A program made the translations under genes and the position numbers. DNA of 60,249 nucleotides, counting the filler, from Basidiobolus ranarum (Eukaryota), in assembly GCA_040143965.1 (NCBI GenBank). It is 3 parts of 3 records of this genome, joined end to end, with 100 filler letters (N's around TTAATTAATTAA, not from the genome) between each part and the next. Parts side by side here need not be neighbours in the genome. Positions count along the whole stretch, not along the records: positions 20,170 to 40,227 come from JASJQH010000236.1; positions 40,328 to 60,249 come from JASJQH010000238.1; 1 more part is not named here. One strand, given 5' to 3'. Every line of letters starts with the position of its first letter. The stretch's first letter is position 1. Positions 39,420-52,551 of the stretch are shown piece by piece. The notes under the pieces are model-generated. The model did not search any database. It had not been told where the DNA came from and saw nothing but the letters and a program-made list of their open reading frames with translations.

Positions 39420-39812
39420 TTCTCAGATATACAAATTTTTCAAACTTGTGCTAGAAGCCCCAAACCTTGCACACATATTCCTGGGACCTTCCTTAACACA
39501 TTGTACATGTTAGTTTGCTTACATCTTGACAGAACTATAAATGTCAACTGAATACTCAATAAATCAATAAGTGAAAATCACCAATTCCTCTAATACTCCA
39601 AACCACTTCCAGCAGGCTCCCACATACTTTAACAGTTAGTTACTATATATTGAACTAAGATAGCATCAACTATTTGCAATTGGAACTCACTTACCAATGC
39701 TCAGATGTATATGTTCTTTCAAGCCTGTGCTAGAAGGCCCAAACTATTACACATAACTCTATTTCTGGAACCTTCCTTAATATGTTCTTTATGCTAATTC
39801 ACTTATCTCTTC
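39420..39812. repeat. Diverged direct repeat of ~100-110 nt, ~280 nt apart
   Basis: ctcagat..tttcaa.c.tgtgctagaag.cccaaac...acacata..ctgg.accttccttaa occurs at ~39420-39520 and ~39700-39812. Confidence 0.75.
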
Positions 39813-39999
39813 ACTTAGGGGGGGGGGATGAAAAGCATCAGATGGTGTGGACTTTATTAAGCTTAAGCACTAATCTAAACAAAGTGACAATCAAGACATC
39901 AATCTTTTGAGATATTGTGACAATACTAGATCATATCCATACTTAACGTGATGACCAATGTAATCAAGTTCAGAGGATCTAAATATAGTGTTAAGGGGC

Positions 40000-40227
40000 A
40001 GAGGTGCTAAGAAGAAAGGAAGGTACTCAGTACAAACTAGATGGAAAATAGGACAAAAACCTGGAATAATGGGAATCAAGAAAGGTGTCTTGGAGGCAGG
40101 GTATTGCTTCCAAAGGTCTAGCTGGAAGTCTATAGCAACAATTTTAGACTGTTTTGTTTCATGCAGCTGTAAAGCTAACTCAGAAACCAGAGGATCGTCT
40201 TGTATCAATTTCCAGCATGATAGTGCA
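40000..40227 (+). mobile_element. Possible decayed non-LTR (L1/Tx1-like) fragment at the contig end
   Basis: Plus frame MENRTKTWNNGNQERCLGGRVLLPKV* resembles the post-RT W....LS..GRVLL.K motif of L1-clade elements; single short motif only. Confidence 0.25.
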
Positions 40228-40327
40228 NNNNNNNNNNNNNNNNNNNNNNNNNNNNNNNNNNNNNNNNNNNNTTAATTAATTAANNNNNNNNNNNNNNNNN
40301 NNNNNNNNNNNNNNNNNNNNNNNNNNN
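40228..40327. other. Artificial contig-join linker (N44-TTAATTAATTAA-N44)
   Basis: Identical to 20070-20169. Confidence 0.95.
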
Positions 40328-41198
40328 CGCTTTTAGTATTCCCTCCCAATTGGTAGGCTACTCCTATCCATTTGTTAGCCTCGGAACATATATCTACAAA
40401 GTGTAAGTACATGATAACAACAATAAATAGCTACTACATACCACTCATTGAAAGATAGTCAAGTAGATCACTAAAGAATGACTATATACTCTCTAATCTT
40501 TATATAACTTCTCTGGTGGGCTAAACTCTGAATTGTTTCTTTTAGTGCTACTACGTAATTCCAAAGAATTATTCATTCTTACGCCTAGTACTTAGAAGAT
40601 GCTTCAAACTGGTTCGACCCTGAATGGAGTCTGGTTTCTTCGAATCTGTTTCAGTAAGCTATTGATTGTCAGATATAGGTCAGATATTAGATCATTTAGC
40701 CTTTTAGAATCTACGGTTACCACATTTCTTTCAAACCATAATCTTATATTGTGGCCCTAGCTGAAGTACGTTAAAAACGTAAAATATACACCTGGAAGTG
40801 CATATTTTGAGAGTAACAAACCTCAGTCATGATATTTAGCATGGTTACTCCAAATATGATAAATATTCTCATAGATCACAACCGGCAATAATGAATGGTA
40901 GTACGTGTTATTAAAACTGAAATCCATCCTAATGTGAACGCAGATTTCAACCATCTTTAATTAGAGTGAGCTCTATATTGCATGAAAAGTTGGAGTGTTA
41001 TGGCTACGGTTACTGTCACTTCTATCAGATTATTGTTTGATAAATATCAGTTTAATGATCATAGATATCGTTTATCAATATTAGTTAAGACGCATAATAA
41101 TAATAACAACAAAGGGACTGGGTACTGAGCTTAAATTATGAGCATTTGGAACTGCGTTGTATCCAAATTTCTAGGTCAAGGTTGACATCAACCCGAGA

Positions 41199-42036
41199 TT
41201 AAAACAAAGTCCCAGACTCACTTGAATTTGGTTGTAGTGCAGAAGCGGGGGCGGGAGTGGGAGTAGGAATAGGTGTAGGTGTAGGGGAGGATAATTGTGC
41301 AAGATTTAAATCATTCTAAAGTAAACGATATTTGTTAAAAGTAGTCCCAAATTAAATTAAAGAAAAAGAAAGTTCTTACCGGACAGTCAAATCCTGCTTT
41401 GCTTCGAATTTTGGGAACATAACCGGTAAATGCCAGCAAACTGAAATTCAAATCAATTTCATAATCCATATCAATACTTCCTTTCTTCTGACCAGCAACG
41501 TTTGAACCACAACGAGATATCAGATCTTGTAGTATCAGCTTTTGAGGATCATTGGTGGTATTATAATGAATACTAAACGGGAAAAGTAAAACGTTCACAG
41601 CCTTCTTCATTATATTCACATCTTTTATACTTCCGTTCCCCAGAATAACATCAGGCATCGCTGGATGAAATGCCTAGAACGGAGAAGGTGAGTTATCAAT
41701 GCTAAGTTTGAGAGGAATATATATTGGTACCGTTGCTTTGATTTCATCGAATTTGACGCTGATATAATTTGGATTGTCGATTGTTATATTAATACGAAGA
41801 TTAAACACTAGTTCAGTATTTCCACGGATTTGGAACGTTTCGGTCACATTCTCGGCAGTTGTCACTCCCGTAAATTTCACTTCTGGAACTCTCACCCATA
41901 AGAAAAAGGCAATAAGACCACCAGCAGTCACTAAAATGAGAAAAATGCAGAGTAAAAAGCAGAGAAAACCACAACCACAGTAACGGGAACGCCCTAGTTC
42001 TTGGCGGGTTTTGGCGATGGATTTTTCAACGGACAT
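41199..42036 (-). CDS. Type II membrane protein with LEA_2 (NDR1/HIN1-like) domain, 3 exons
   Basis: Cys-rich segment plus TM, VRVPEV, ITIDNPNYISVKFDEIKAT|AFHP, RCG, FDCP| and a Pro/Thr tail. The 3' end is less certain. Confidence 0.8.
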
Positions 42037-42915
42037 GTTTACTTTAGAAGATAACCAAGAATGTGTATGTGATTTAAATATAGATCCTTGGATATTTTTG
42101 GTTGATAATGGAATCTGACTGAGAGCGCTTATAAAGACTTCTAGGTGATTTGCTTTCCTGCCGTGAAAAACTCCTCGCTGTGAATCGGCGTGAAAGGTCT
42201 ACACTTCATATTATATCACCCACAGTTAACCAGAATATTGAAGTCAGCAACCACATACTCAACGCTATGTATTGCATTAATTATATGTCCGATCGCTACT
42301 GTGGCTGAGTTTTTGATCTCCGGCTATACTAGATCCCTATTCAACCAAGTGGTCGGGGCATATTTTCCTTGGTACTCTCGACTTTATAGCTCCTATTTCA
42401 ATGTGTAATAATTCACTACCATTCTTGGTCATATCAATATAGAGAAAATATGGGTAACTGTGTGAATATGAAGTTAACCCGGTTTCAACATAGCTCAAGT
42501 GTTGAGCTAGCCATTGAATACGTAAGTCGGTACCTCTTGGCACTTGGGAAGCAGAAATATTGTCACAAGTCTTAAAAGGCTATTTCACGTTTGGTGACCT
42601 ACGACAGGGCATTCTATATCGAAAACAGAGTCCGATTATCTTCGAGATCATTCGCATATTCATGTCACATATGAGTTTATTTACAGTCTATTGGCTATAA
42701 CTTCGCTCATACTTACACAGTTAATGGATTAGGTAAAAAAGGAACTTCCTAAAGCAGCCATACATATATATCATCCCAAGTTGGTTTTCATGACGGCTAA
42801 ATTATGAAATTTATAAATTGCTGAGGATAAAACCCGTAACCGCCCCCGTAAAGCTGCTCATATTATCTTAACGAATCCTTACTTCTATGTTTATACACCC
42901 TTAAAATTCACGACA

Positions 42916-43738
42916 ATGACAGAAACCAGCATCAAAAGCCTGGCCTTGGAGGAGGATAGTCATGACAGTAGTCACTCCACCCAGAGAGGTCACAATAATC
43001 GGTCAAACAGTTACATTTCTGTTAAATCTTCCAAAAAACGTCGCTGTTCATGTTGCTGTTGTTGTTGCAGAACTCGTAAATCTCGATGCATATGCGCTAT
43101 TATCACCGTCTTAATCTTGATTGGAATTGCCATAGCTCTTTATTTTTGTATACCTAGAGGAATGCCTGATGTATCTCTGGAGAATTTCACCATCCTCGAT
43201 CTTGATGCTAAAGAGGCGGAACTTAAATCAGCTAGTCATATGATACTTCCTAAGGTATTGACTCTTGATGTGGATCTATATTTAAAAACCCAAAATCCAA
43301 ATTTGATTCCGATCAAAGTTAATGATATTCTGGTTAATGTATGTATATATATAAATGTACTCACCACCTTGCCGCATGCTTTTTCACTTGTCTAATTAGT
43401 TTTGAATTCAGGCCTACTATGTTGGTGAAAATCTAAAGATCAAGGTTGCGCAGGGTTCGCTTCCGGCACCTGTTACTTTCAAGCCCAACTCAAATACAAT
43501 CTTTACTTTGCCTTTAAAGCTGGCCTTCAACACCACTGATAATGAAAGTCTTTGGGCAATCAGGGATTTGCTTGATCGGTGTGGCATTACTGGACCTAAC
43601 AAACAGCAACTGATAATCTCCTACGATGCAGAAATCACCGTTGCGTTAATTTCTTGGCTAGGCATTAAACCCACTATTTCAAATGATATTCGATTTGACT
43701 GCCCCTTAAACTCCGACTTTGACATCCTAAAGATATGA
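42916..43738 (+). CDS. Type II membrane protein with LEA_2-like domain, paralog of 41199-42036, 2 exons
   Basis: RRCSCCCCCCR plus TM, IPRGMPDV, TQNPNLIPIKVNDILVN|AYYV, RCG and FDCP; TGA at 43736-43738. Confidence 0.8.
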
Positions 43739-44100
43739 TAAACATTTGTATATTAGTTGTATGTACATAACTTCATTGTAGATTTTCTCTTTATTATTTG
43801 TTCGTTTTTTACCAATAAAAGTGTGTATATTCTTCCCACTTTAACCCATGTTTAATTATTCTTTCGTTGCTCTGTAAAGATGGGTTCATCTCAGCCAATT
43901 AGATCGGATGTTTTGATTAATTTACTTATGTTTGTTTACATCAAGGATGGTGACAGCTGATTGAACAACTCCAAGGATTGATAAATAATTCCCGATTAAT
44001 TCTCTCGAAGGTCACCTTTATACCATTGACTATATACTCCACACAAAACTCTCTTACGGAGATATCGATTCTACTCTATCGTTAATCATTCACTCTCACT

Positions 44101-45909
44101 ATGGACCAAGGGAAACAGAACAAAGCATCATACATCTTCCCGACCCTCAAGCCTTCGGAGATCATCATATGTATGCGCGATTTACAGATCCCTTTCGCCG
44201 AGGAGGATCTGAGTAAACCTACCGCTTTGAGATTAGCTTTTGTATTCGAGGCCTTCGTTGATATCTTTATGGGAATCCCTAAAGAACAATTCGAACAACC
44301 TTCAGCTGAGGTGATCGATATGTTGGAACATCCGGACATTCATATGAACGCTTTAACTCAGATGTCTTTCTTTACCAAACTGTATGTTGTTTGTTCAAGA
44401 AATTCTAACACCTGCATACTAATAATAATTCTTCTTATTCGTAGTAATAAACTTATGCTTGAGATCGGAGTTGACGATTTCAGTTTGAGAGACCTCCTTA
44501 AACCAGAGCCTATTCATGTACGAAAGATCCTCAGTGCTCTCATTAATTTTGCTAAATTCCGTGAAGAAAGAATGTGTGTGTACGAGCAATATGCACATAA
44601 ACTTGTAAGAAAATCGAGTTGGTTTATGATGAGAGTTTACAGAAAGACTAATCCATCATATTTAGGAAGAGTATGCTGAACAAAAGCAACAACTTGAGCA
44701 ACAGCAAGAGGAGCTAATGGATAAACTTAACACCATCAAGTAAGTTACCAATATTTAAGTACATTCATCAAACATCTTATTTATGAAGTATTTTTTTACT
44801 TGACTAGACTTCAACGAGAGGAAGAGGAATCAGCTACTAGAAGTTTATTGGATGCTAATGCAGAATGGACTCGAGGCCTCAAGGACCTTAAAAAGCAACA
44901 GATTGCCCTCTCTACAGATATTGATGCGCTAAAGAAAGACAGAAATGACTTGAATGACAAGTTGGTATGCATCAGGAAGCTTTCAAATGAAATATTAATT
45001 CTAGATTTAGTCATACTTACCATACGCTTTTTGGTAGACCAATACACAATTCCTCGTAATGAATTGCAAACAAGATTGTGAGAAGATTCGTTCGTTAATC
45101 GTCCATAGTCCAGAGAAATTGGTTCAAATGCTAGAGGAACTGAGTGTTTCACTTTCAAATGCCAAAAGTAGCATTGCTGCTGGAGAGAAGAAGATTAGAG
45201 AATATCAATCTAAAATTGATATGATGGCTTTTGTTGAACAGGTAAGAAATATCCCCGATTTTAGCGCCTTTGTATCATATATTAATCAACTTCAATACAG
45301 GATGTCTCGTCATCAATCAAACTCTTGGAAGAATGTGAAGTAGAGATGAACAAATATGATACTGCTTTACACAAAGTCGATAATACCAAAGAGGAAATTG
45401 AAAAGAAAGATGCCAAAACACGAGATCTGAGTAGCAAAGAGCAGGTTCGAATCAATATGAAACCCGGATTGCCCTCATATATGCTTACATCTCTTCTGTT
45501 TTTGTATTAGCAATTATCTCGCCAACTAGTCGCTTCTCAAGAAAAAATCGCACGTTTACAAAAGCATCAAGCCATGAAGCGTGAGACCATTGAAAGCAAA
45601 CTATCGTCTCTTCGTGAAGAATACAATGTAATCTCTGCTGAACGAACCAGCGCTCAAACTAAGATTGATGAGCACAAACGTATTGTCGACGATATGGAAC
45701 AGAAGGTAATGATCACATGATATTTACGAAACTCGTGGCCATCACTCTAACCCACTATTTAGATTGCTGAACTTCGTCGTAATACCGAGATTGAGATGTC
45801 CAACATTCAAGCCGAGTACGCTCATCTTAAAAATCAAGTAGAGCACTATCAAACACAGCTTCTACAAGCAATCAGCAAGCAACTGTCACCGACCGCAGTG
45901 TCCAACTGA
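44101..45909 (+). CDS. NUF2: Kinetochore Ndc80-complex subunit Nuf2 (8 exons)
   Basis: FPTLKPSEIIICM, DLSKPT, DFSLRDLLKPE...LSALINFAKFREE, IVHSPEKL and a long coiled coil; all introns GT-AG and in frame. Confidence 0.95.
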
Positions 45910-46688
45910 GGTTGAGCAATAGTTGCCCATCCTTACGTGTTTGTAACAGTCACAAAGCCCCTCTCACTCCTTGTTCATATAGATATTGCAAGCTAGCCTT
46001 GTCACTACAAGAACTTGAGAGATTCTACTTGTCTTTTATTTTGGTGTTGAAACTTATTTGTAACAGCTTTCTCAATAACTTTTCCACATAAACATTGTAA
46101 ATTGAATAACCAAGAATGTACACGGGGGACCATTTCTCATCTACAAACCTATAAGCGACTGGCGTCCATGATCATGGTCAAGTATAGGTAAAGCTATGAG
46201 CGGAACTTCTCTAAATATGGTCATTCCTTTTATAAATGGGGTTCTTAATTTAGCTATTCTTGGAGACTTAATATAACTTATTGTATGAGATATGAGCGCA
46301 AGACCACTAAACCAACCATAGGTCTTCATTTGGACTTTAGAATAGTATCTATCCGATTACAGATAGTGACTCGATAATGTAATCTTGACCCTATCTAATC
46401 GCCATTTGCCAAGTTGTAGAGATGTTAGTTAACTAAAGACGCTTTTTTGCAGTCATTTTTACTAAGATTGCACTAATTTATAGCACCATATAGTATATAC
46501 ATAAATCATTCTAATTTGGCGCTACTACAACCCGCATGGTGGTAAAAAAACCATCACCGTTTAGAGAGAATACTGAGTGAGATTTGTTGGAAAATCGGTT
46601 TATATAGTAATAATAAGAACATTGTGAAGTTTTCGACTCGCATATTACACTCCCAAAAAGCAAATATACAGGGGTGAATTTTTCGGCT

Positions 46689-47828
46689 TCAAAGGATAGC
46701 GAAAAACCTAGTAAAAACATAGATAGGAGATAGAACTAACTCACAGTAAGTCAGCATAACTTTGATCCTTTGGTTTGCTAAGTAAGCCTGACCAAGCTCA
46801 GTCAAACATTTAGCACTATGCACAGTGGCTTCCATGTATTTACCATAGTAGAATAATTTGAAAAAAAGAGTCATGAAGGCCATCTCAGATCGCTCGGGTT
46901 CTGGATTTGGATAAGTTCCCTCAATTCCATAAGATCTTATCTTTTGTGAAGCATACGTGATAAAAAGGTACAAGAATAAATACGTTAAAGAGCCTACAGT
47001 TCTCTCAAACGTATATTGTTTGTAAACCTCTCTCTGAATGGACTCTTTGGTGTCCGAGATCTTTTCACCAATAACATCTTCACATGCTTTGTTCGAATCA
47101 GTTAACTGAATAAAATCCTTCTTCAAGTAGAGCTCGTCCGATTCCAAAGACACAAATACAGGTGCAATACATCTTCCTCCAGTCCACAAAAATGGGATAA
47201 TAATGCTAGTAATAAATAGTAGATTAGGCTCGTATTCTAGTGGTATGTGTTGTACTGTCCAAATGTAATATGCATAAGCGGATACGGTATAGGTCCAGCT
47301 CAAAGTGCTTATAAGAAAGCATAATTTCGTGACAATAGTGTTGTCTTTGGTAATACGACCTTGAGTAGTAGAAGTTCTATGCTTTAGAATGAGCGATACA
47401 TCATCTTTACTCATTTTAATCAACGATTCACACTCCGTAGGAACACGAATGGTATGTTTGTGAAGAGGATGCATGATCATATTTGCTAACCACGATCCAT
47501 GACCAACCAAAGAATCCTTAACGATGACTTGAAATGCTCTGTTTTTGGGGGTAGCGTTGACCCAGTAGCCATTTCCAGCATAAGCAGATCGGAGAGCAGA
47601 TTCGAGGTGACTATGATCCTTGGCCAATGTTATCTCGACAAACTGAGTAATAAAGTTCCTTATAGAATCCATTGGAAAGAGTATGGCAAAGAAGTACTCG
47701 CTGATTAATCCAGGTCTAGTTATATTACCAGGTATGTTTTGTATTCTTCGGAATACTAAATTCCCCAAAAAATAAACTCCCAATCCGAGGAAAGCTTTCT
47801 TCATAGCGGTTGACTCTTCTTGATCCAT
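46689..47828 (-). CDS. Hypothetical multi-pass membrane protein
   Basis: Single-exon ORF of ~379 codons from the first ATG with several hydrophobic segments; no family recognised. Confidence 0.7.
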   Translation of the reverse strand: MDQEESTAMKKAFLGLGVYFLGNLVFRRIQNIPGNITRPGLISEYFFAILFPMDSIRNFITQFVEITLAKDHSHLESALRSAYAGNGYWVNATPKNRAFQVIVKDSLVGHGSWLANMIMHPLHKHTIRVPTECESLIKMSKDDVSLILKHRTSTTQGRITKDNTIVTKLCFLISTLSWTYTVSAYAYYIWTVQHIPLEYEPNLLFITSIIIPFLWTGGRCIAPVFVSLESDELYLKKDFIQLTDSNKACEDVIGEKISDTKESIQREVYKQYTFERTVGSLTYLFLYLFITYASQKIRSYGIEGTYPNPEPERSEMAFMTLFFKLFYYGKYMEATVHSAKCLTELGQAYLANQRIKVMLTYCELVLSPIYVFTRFFAIL

Positions 47829-49332
47829 TTTTAGTTCAAGCTTCACTTAGTAATGTATTCGTTTATAAACCTTTATAATTAGGCCAACATTTAGTTATAG
47901 TGTTCTTCCGCAGAAGGTGTTAAGCAACATGATGATATGTGTAACCTCTAGGCCGGTATCTTTCATGTGTTGAGTGGAAATATCTACATCTCTACACTAC
48001 TGTATTGATTGAAAAATACTGATCTTCCCGCTAGTCATTACTATCATCCACTATGATCTTCCAATCCAAAATGATGAACTACAGGCATAGTGGCTTGATC
48101 ATTTATGCCAACTGTGTAAACAATCATGGATTTCTATATAGAATCAAAGTTGATTAACGTTTAGAAGAAAAAAAGTTCCATTTAATATAGCCTATTAAAC
48201 GCAATCATGGTGAGATGAAATTATGGCTTTCAGAAATCTGATCAATTTACCTACTCATCAATTCTAGGCCTTGCCTCAACCCTCGAAATTCTACTCACAA
48301 TCTGGACTGGACAGCAAAAACACTTACAATTCACTAGCATTCAAACAGTCACTACCAAGGCGTATAAAGCGCACAGCATGAGACAAACCATGGATATCTG
48401 ATGCATATGTTAGGGTTAGTAATCAAGTGACAATTCGATATCATTATATCTAGCATGTATACGTTACCTAGCGCAAATGCAAACTCTTAAATGGCACTTG
48501 TTGGGTTCCAGATACCATGGCAACCTCTCCAATCAAACATAATCTCCACATTTATGGACTTGGGCCGATGGGGCACCTCACACGAAAAGATGGAAGCTAG
48601 CAATTCTCACCCATCACGCATCGCCAGTCCCGAATTGCTCGGTCACAGAGTCAGTTCCATATTCGGATTTCCATTTAGCCCGTCTCCATGTCCGAAACAA
48701 GATACCTAGCCTCGAGGGGACGTTAGTCAAATGTAAACAAGTGTATGAGCCCATCAGATCGAGCCAATATCCAGATCAGCTGTGGGGTTATTTTTGGATA
48801 ATTCCGTTCAATGGTTACGCTCAATGGTTGGCGTACACACATTTCGAGAGATTGAAATCTGTAATTTCCAGAGCCCAAGGATTGAATCTTTGCCAGTGTC
48901 CGTTCGATTGCGATCTTAAAAATACTCCCTTCTTCGTAAGCTCAGTTCAAAATCAGTGGGTATTCTTTTTGTACAACAGGGGTCAAGCCTATCGTATTTT
49001 TAAGCTGCCCAAACGTCACAACTGCTCTCGAATTTATTCAGCTTAATCATTTCCTTTTTTTGTATTGTTATTGTCTTGACTGGATCTGAATATTTTGTTA
49101 ATAATCTGTCTGTAGTCGGGTCCCATTTTTTGTCTGACTTGATCCGGTAGTTGTGCTTTGAAAGTGCGCTCTTTAACCCTTTTACTTTGAATCTCTACCT
49201 TCTATAATATTTCGGTACACTTGCGCTGTCTCCAGACTGGTAGCTGTCTATTTATCATATTTATCAGTGCGTCGTAAGTTTTGAAGTGTAAGCCAGATCT
49301 TATTAGTGTTCCGCTGTTCTATCCCTTTGATC

Positions 49333-50800
49333 ATGCCTTCCCACCTTCCTAGAAAGCGCCCTTTCGGGGCTCAAGCGGAGAGTTTAAGTGTCGCCTTGCC
49401 CAGAATCTGCGAGGAAGTCAAAAGAACTTTCAGTAAGGCTACGGCCAAAAGTATCCTGGGTGATATCACCAATAGACAGGTAAAATCTTTCTTCATTTTG
49501 TTGGTCTCGTTTGTTTGTATTAACCTTTGACTTCCATTACAGTCTAACGGGTCAGAGAAGCATACACATAAAGGCGTGGGAAAACCGCTTCCGAAACTAC
49601 CAAGTACTGAGTACACGTCAGAAGAAATAACGCGACCCAGTCATGCCGATACTGACCAAATTCAAAACCACAATGTTCAAGAGCCCATATTGACTGAAAC
49701 TATGGACACAGCACCTGGTGTAGGAGAGAAGGAAGTGGAAGAAGAAATCTTGAGTACTCGACCACCTGTCGAATTTGATGAATTGGTTGATATTGCAATG
49801 GAGACTGATTCTACAGAAACCGATTCCGGTATTGTGGTAGACGAATCCGATCCCTTCAATCCGACAACACAGGAAATTGAAGAAGCAGATAAACACGATG
49901 TTAATATGGTTGCCGAGTACGCAGACGAAATTATGGAATATATGAAAGAACTTGAGGTAAGTCAATTTGTTCTCATATACTTCTCTTGTGTCGCACTAAC
50001 ATGTTTTTATTAGGTTCGCATGATGCCAGATCATTACTACATAGACCGTCAACCAGAACTCAAGTGGCATATGCGTAGTATCCTCCTTGACTGGTTGGTC
50101 CAGGTTCACGACCGTTTCAAAATGCATCAAGAAACATTGTTTCTTTGTGCCAACTATATCGACCGTTTTCTTTCAGTGAAAGAAATTTCAGTTGATAAAT
50201 TGCAACTAGTCGGTATTACCGCATTATTTATTGCTGCCAAGTATGAGGAGATAAGTGCACCTACCATAAGCGAAATGGTCTTTATGGTAGACAAAGCTTA
50301 CTCCGTTGATGATTTAAAAAAGGCCGAAAGGTTTATGATAAATATACTAAACTATGAATTGGGCTATCCTGGCCCACTCAGCTTCCTGAGACGGGTATCT
50401 AAGGCCGATCGTTATGACTCCTCCATCCGTACTCTTGCCAAGTACTTAGTAGAAGTAACCATCATGTACGAAGTTTTTCTTCAGTACCCCTCATCCAAAA
50501 TAGCTGCTGCTAGCTATTATCTGTCCATGGGATTGTTGAACAAGGGAACTTGGGTAAATTCTCGTTAACTTTAGTCTGCATAAGCAAGACATTTGTCTAA
50601 CCTTAATTCCTCTGCACTAGACAAACTCCCATATTCATTACTCGGGCTACACCGAGATGGATCTGATGCAATGTGCCCTTCAGATTCGTAGCCGACTTCC
50701 ACACAAACAGAACCATGAGGCCATTTACATCAAGTACTATTCTGCGAAATACTTGAGAGCCTCTGAATACGTTGACGATGTATTCAAAAACTACATTTAA
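49333..50800 (+). CDS. B-type cyclin, Clb3/Clb4-like (4 exons)
   Basis: MVAEYADEIMEYMKELE, MRSILLDWLVQVH, ETLFLCANYIDRFLS, KLQLVGITALFIAAKYEE, ELGYPGPLSFLRRVSKAD and IRTLAKYL; TAA at 50798-50800. Confidence 0.93.
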
Positions 50801-52551
50801 GTCCATTCAGGTAATATGAGGGGGCATATATAAGTAGCCTCCTATTCGCCCAATGGTTTCCTCATCTTAGTCACGGCTATTTTTCTATATGTTTGGCTAG
50901 TTGCCTCTCACCCACTTTTTTTATATTGGATCAAGTTGTTTATATCGTTGCGCACCAAATGACTCCACTCTCTTCAATCCTATATTCCTTTCGGTAGATA
51001 CAAAAACACCACTATATTTCTCTGTTTTATCCCTGAAGCTTCGTCCATCAGTTCATTTTTCTTAGACTAGAAGAAACAGGATTGTATATCTCAATCTGTA
51101 ATTAAATATCGAACATATCATACTGAACACTCCCTCTTGTTCACCCCCTTCATTCGCCAACATCCAAGGTGATCCGTTCCTTCTAAGAAAAATAAATCCC
51201 ACTTCTCTTTTCTATGTAAAATCGGTGACTTCCTATTTATTCAGCACACATGGCAAATGGGAAACCACCCTCGAGGGATATCATTGGGTGGAAGCATTCC
51301 AAACGTAGTAATCTTTCCTATCTTCCCTAGCAACACCCAATCGAAGTGAAAATTTCGATATCGGCATGGAACACGTAAAATGCATAATATTCGAGAGTAC
51401 AGATTATTCGAAATAAAAAAGGTCACATAAAATATGCATGGTTGAGTTTTGCTTCTTTGTACATAGTGTTACATGTATTAACCAAATGGTACTAGACCGG
51501 TCCAAAGTTTTCGTGTAAAACCAATGTTCCGAGTCACTTTACTCGGTATGGTGAAAGCTACCCATGTGGGAAACCTATGTTTAGTAAGTTCTTGATTTTC
51601 GATATGCATCGCTGGAGGAAAATAAGAAGCGAGAAGTGAAGAAAGACTGACTCTGGTAATTCACGGTACAGGTTTGTCCTTTCTTTTCATCGAAGTGCAA
51701 GTATGATGAAGTATATGCGATTACGCCAAATATCTCAGGTCCAAATTGGATGCTGTGCATATTTTCCGTCTCTTTTTTCCAATCATACGGTTATGGTTTG
51801 GCTTGATGTTTACGTAATTCCGTTGGTCATGTTGATGTCAAGTTTCCTGGCTATCCCTGCCTATTCAGGTAGTTACATTAGCGCCTTCTCTTGAAGGTCC
51901 AATCACAATGAACTTTTCTCAGAGTTCCTGTGGCACACCATGGGATTTAGCCAACCCTGTCACCAAATGATTCTTTGAATCCGTGGTACAGAGTAACGTA
52001 ACGCATTGGGATTGAAGCGTCATCACGTACATGATCTACGTTTCTAAAATTAACCAGGGCTCGTCGATATCGATATGGATATACTGCGATGGATGCTTAA
52101 ACTGGTTTGAATATCCTTTATTAACTTGAAAACCTATTTTTACGTTGCTTCTTTATTTAATCAGTGTCTTGGTTTCAATTGTGACATTTACGAAGTAGAA
52201 TACGGCAAACAGAAGATCAATGTCCTAACCAACTCACCCTGGATAGGAGAACCTACTTCAGTACTATCTAAAAGGTCTATTTCGGATTATCTGAGTCCAT
52301 GTTTAATGATCTAAAACCAATGATGATCAATCTAGAAGCAATTTATCACATGTAGATCAATATTTGGACTTCAATATTTGAAACCAAGTTTAGTATGACA
52401 AAAATACCTAACCAACTACTGCTTACTAGCTATTTCACAATCATACAATTTTGTTTCACTAACACAAGTTTATTCTGACTGAAGATAACTTTGGAGTGGA
52501 GTAAGGTGAGGGAGTAAGATGGAGCTATTTAGATACATTTTAGGTTAAATA

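Noticed and set aside
44101-50800. NUF2, cyclin B and RFC1 as a cell-cycle gene cluster
   Set aside because: RFC1 is on a different contig; two nearby mitotic genes can occur by chance, and the CCAAT/TTGAA-like promoter words are too short to support co-regulation.
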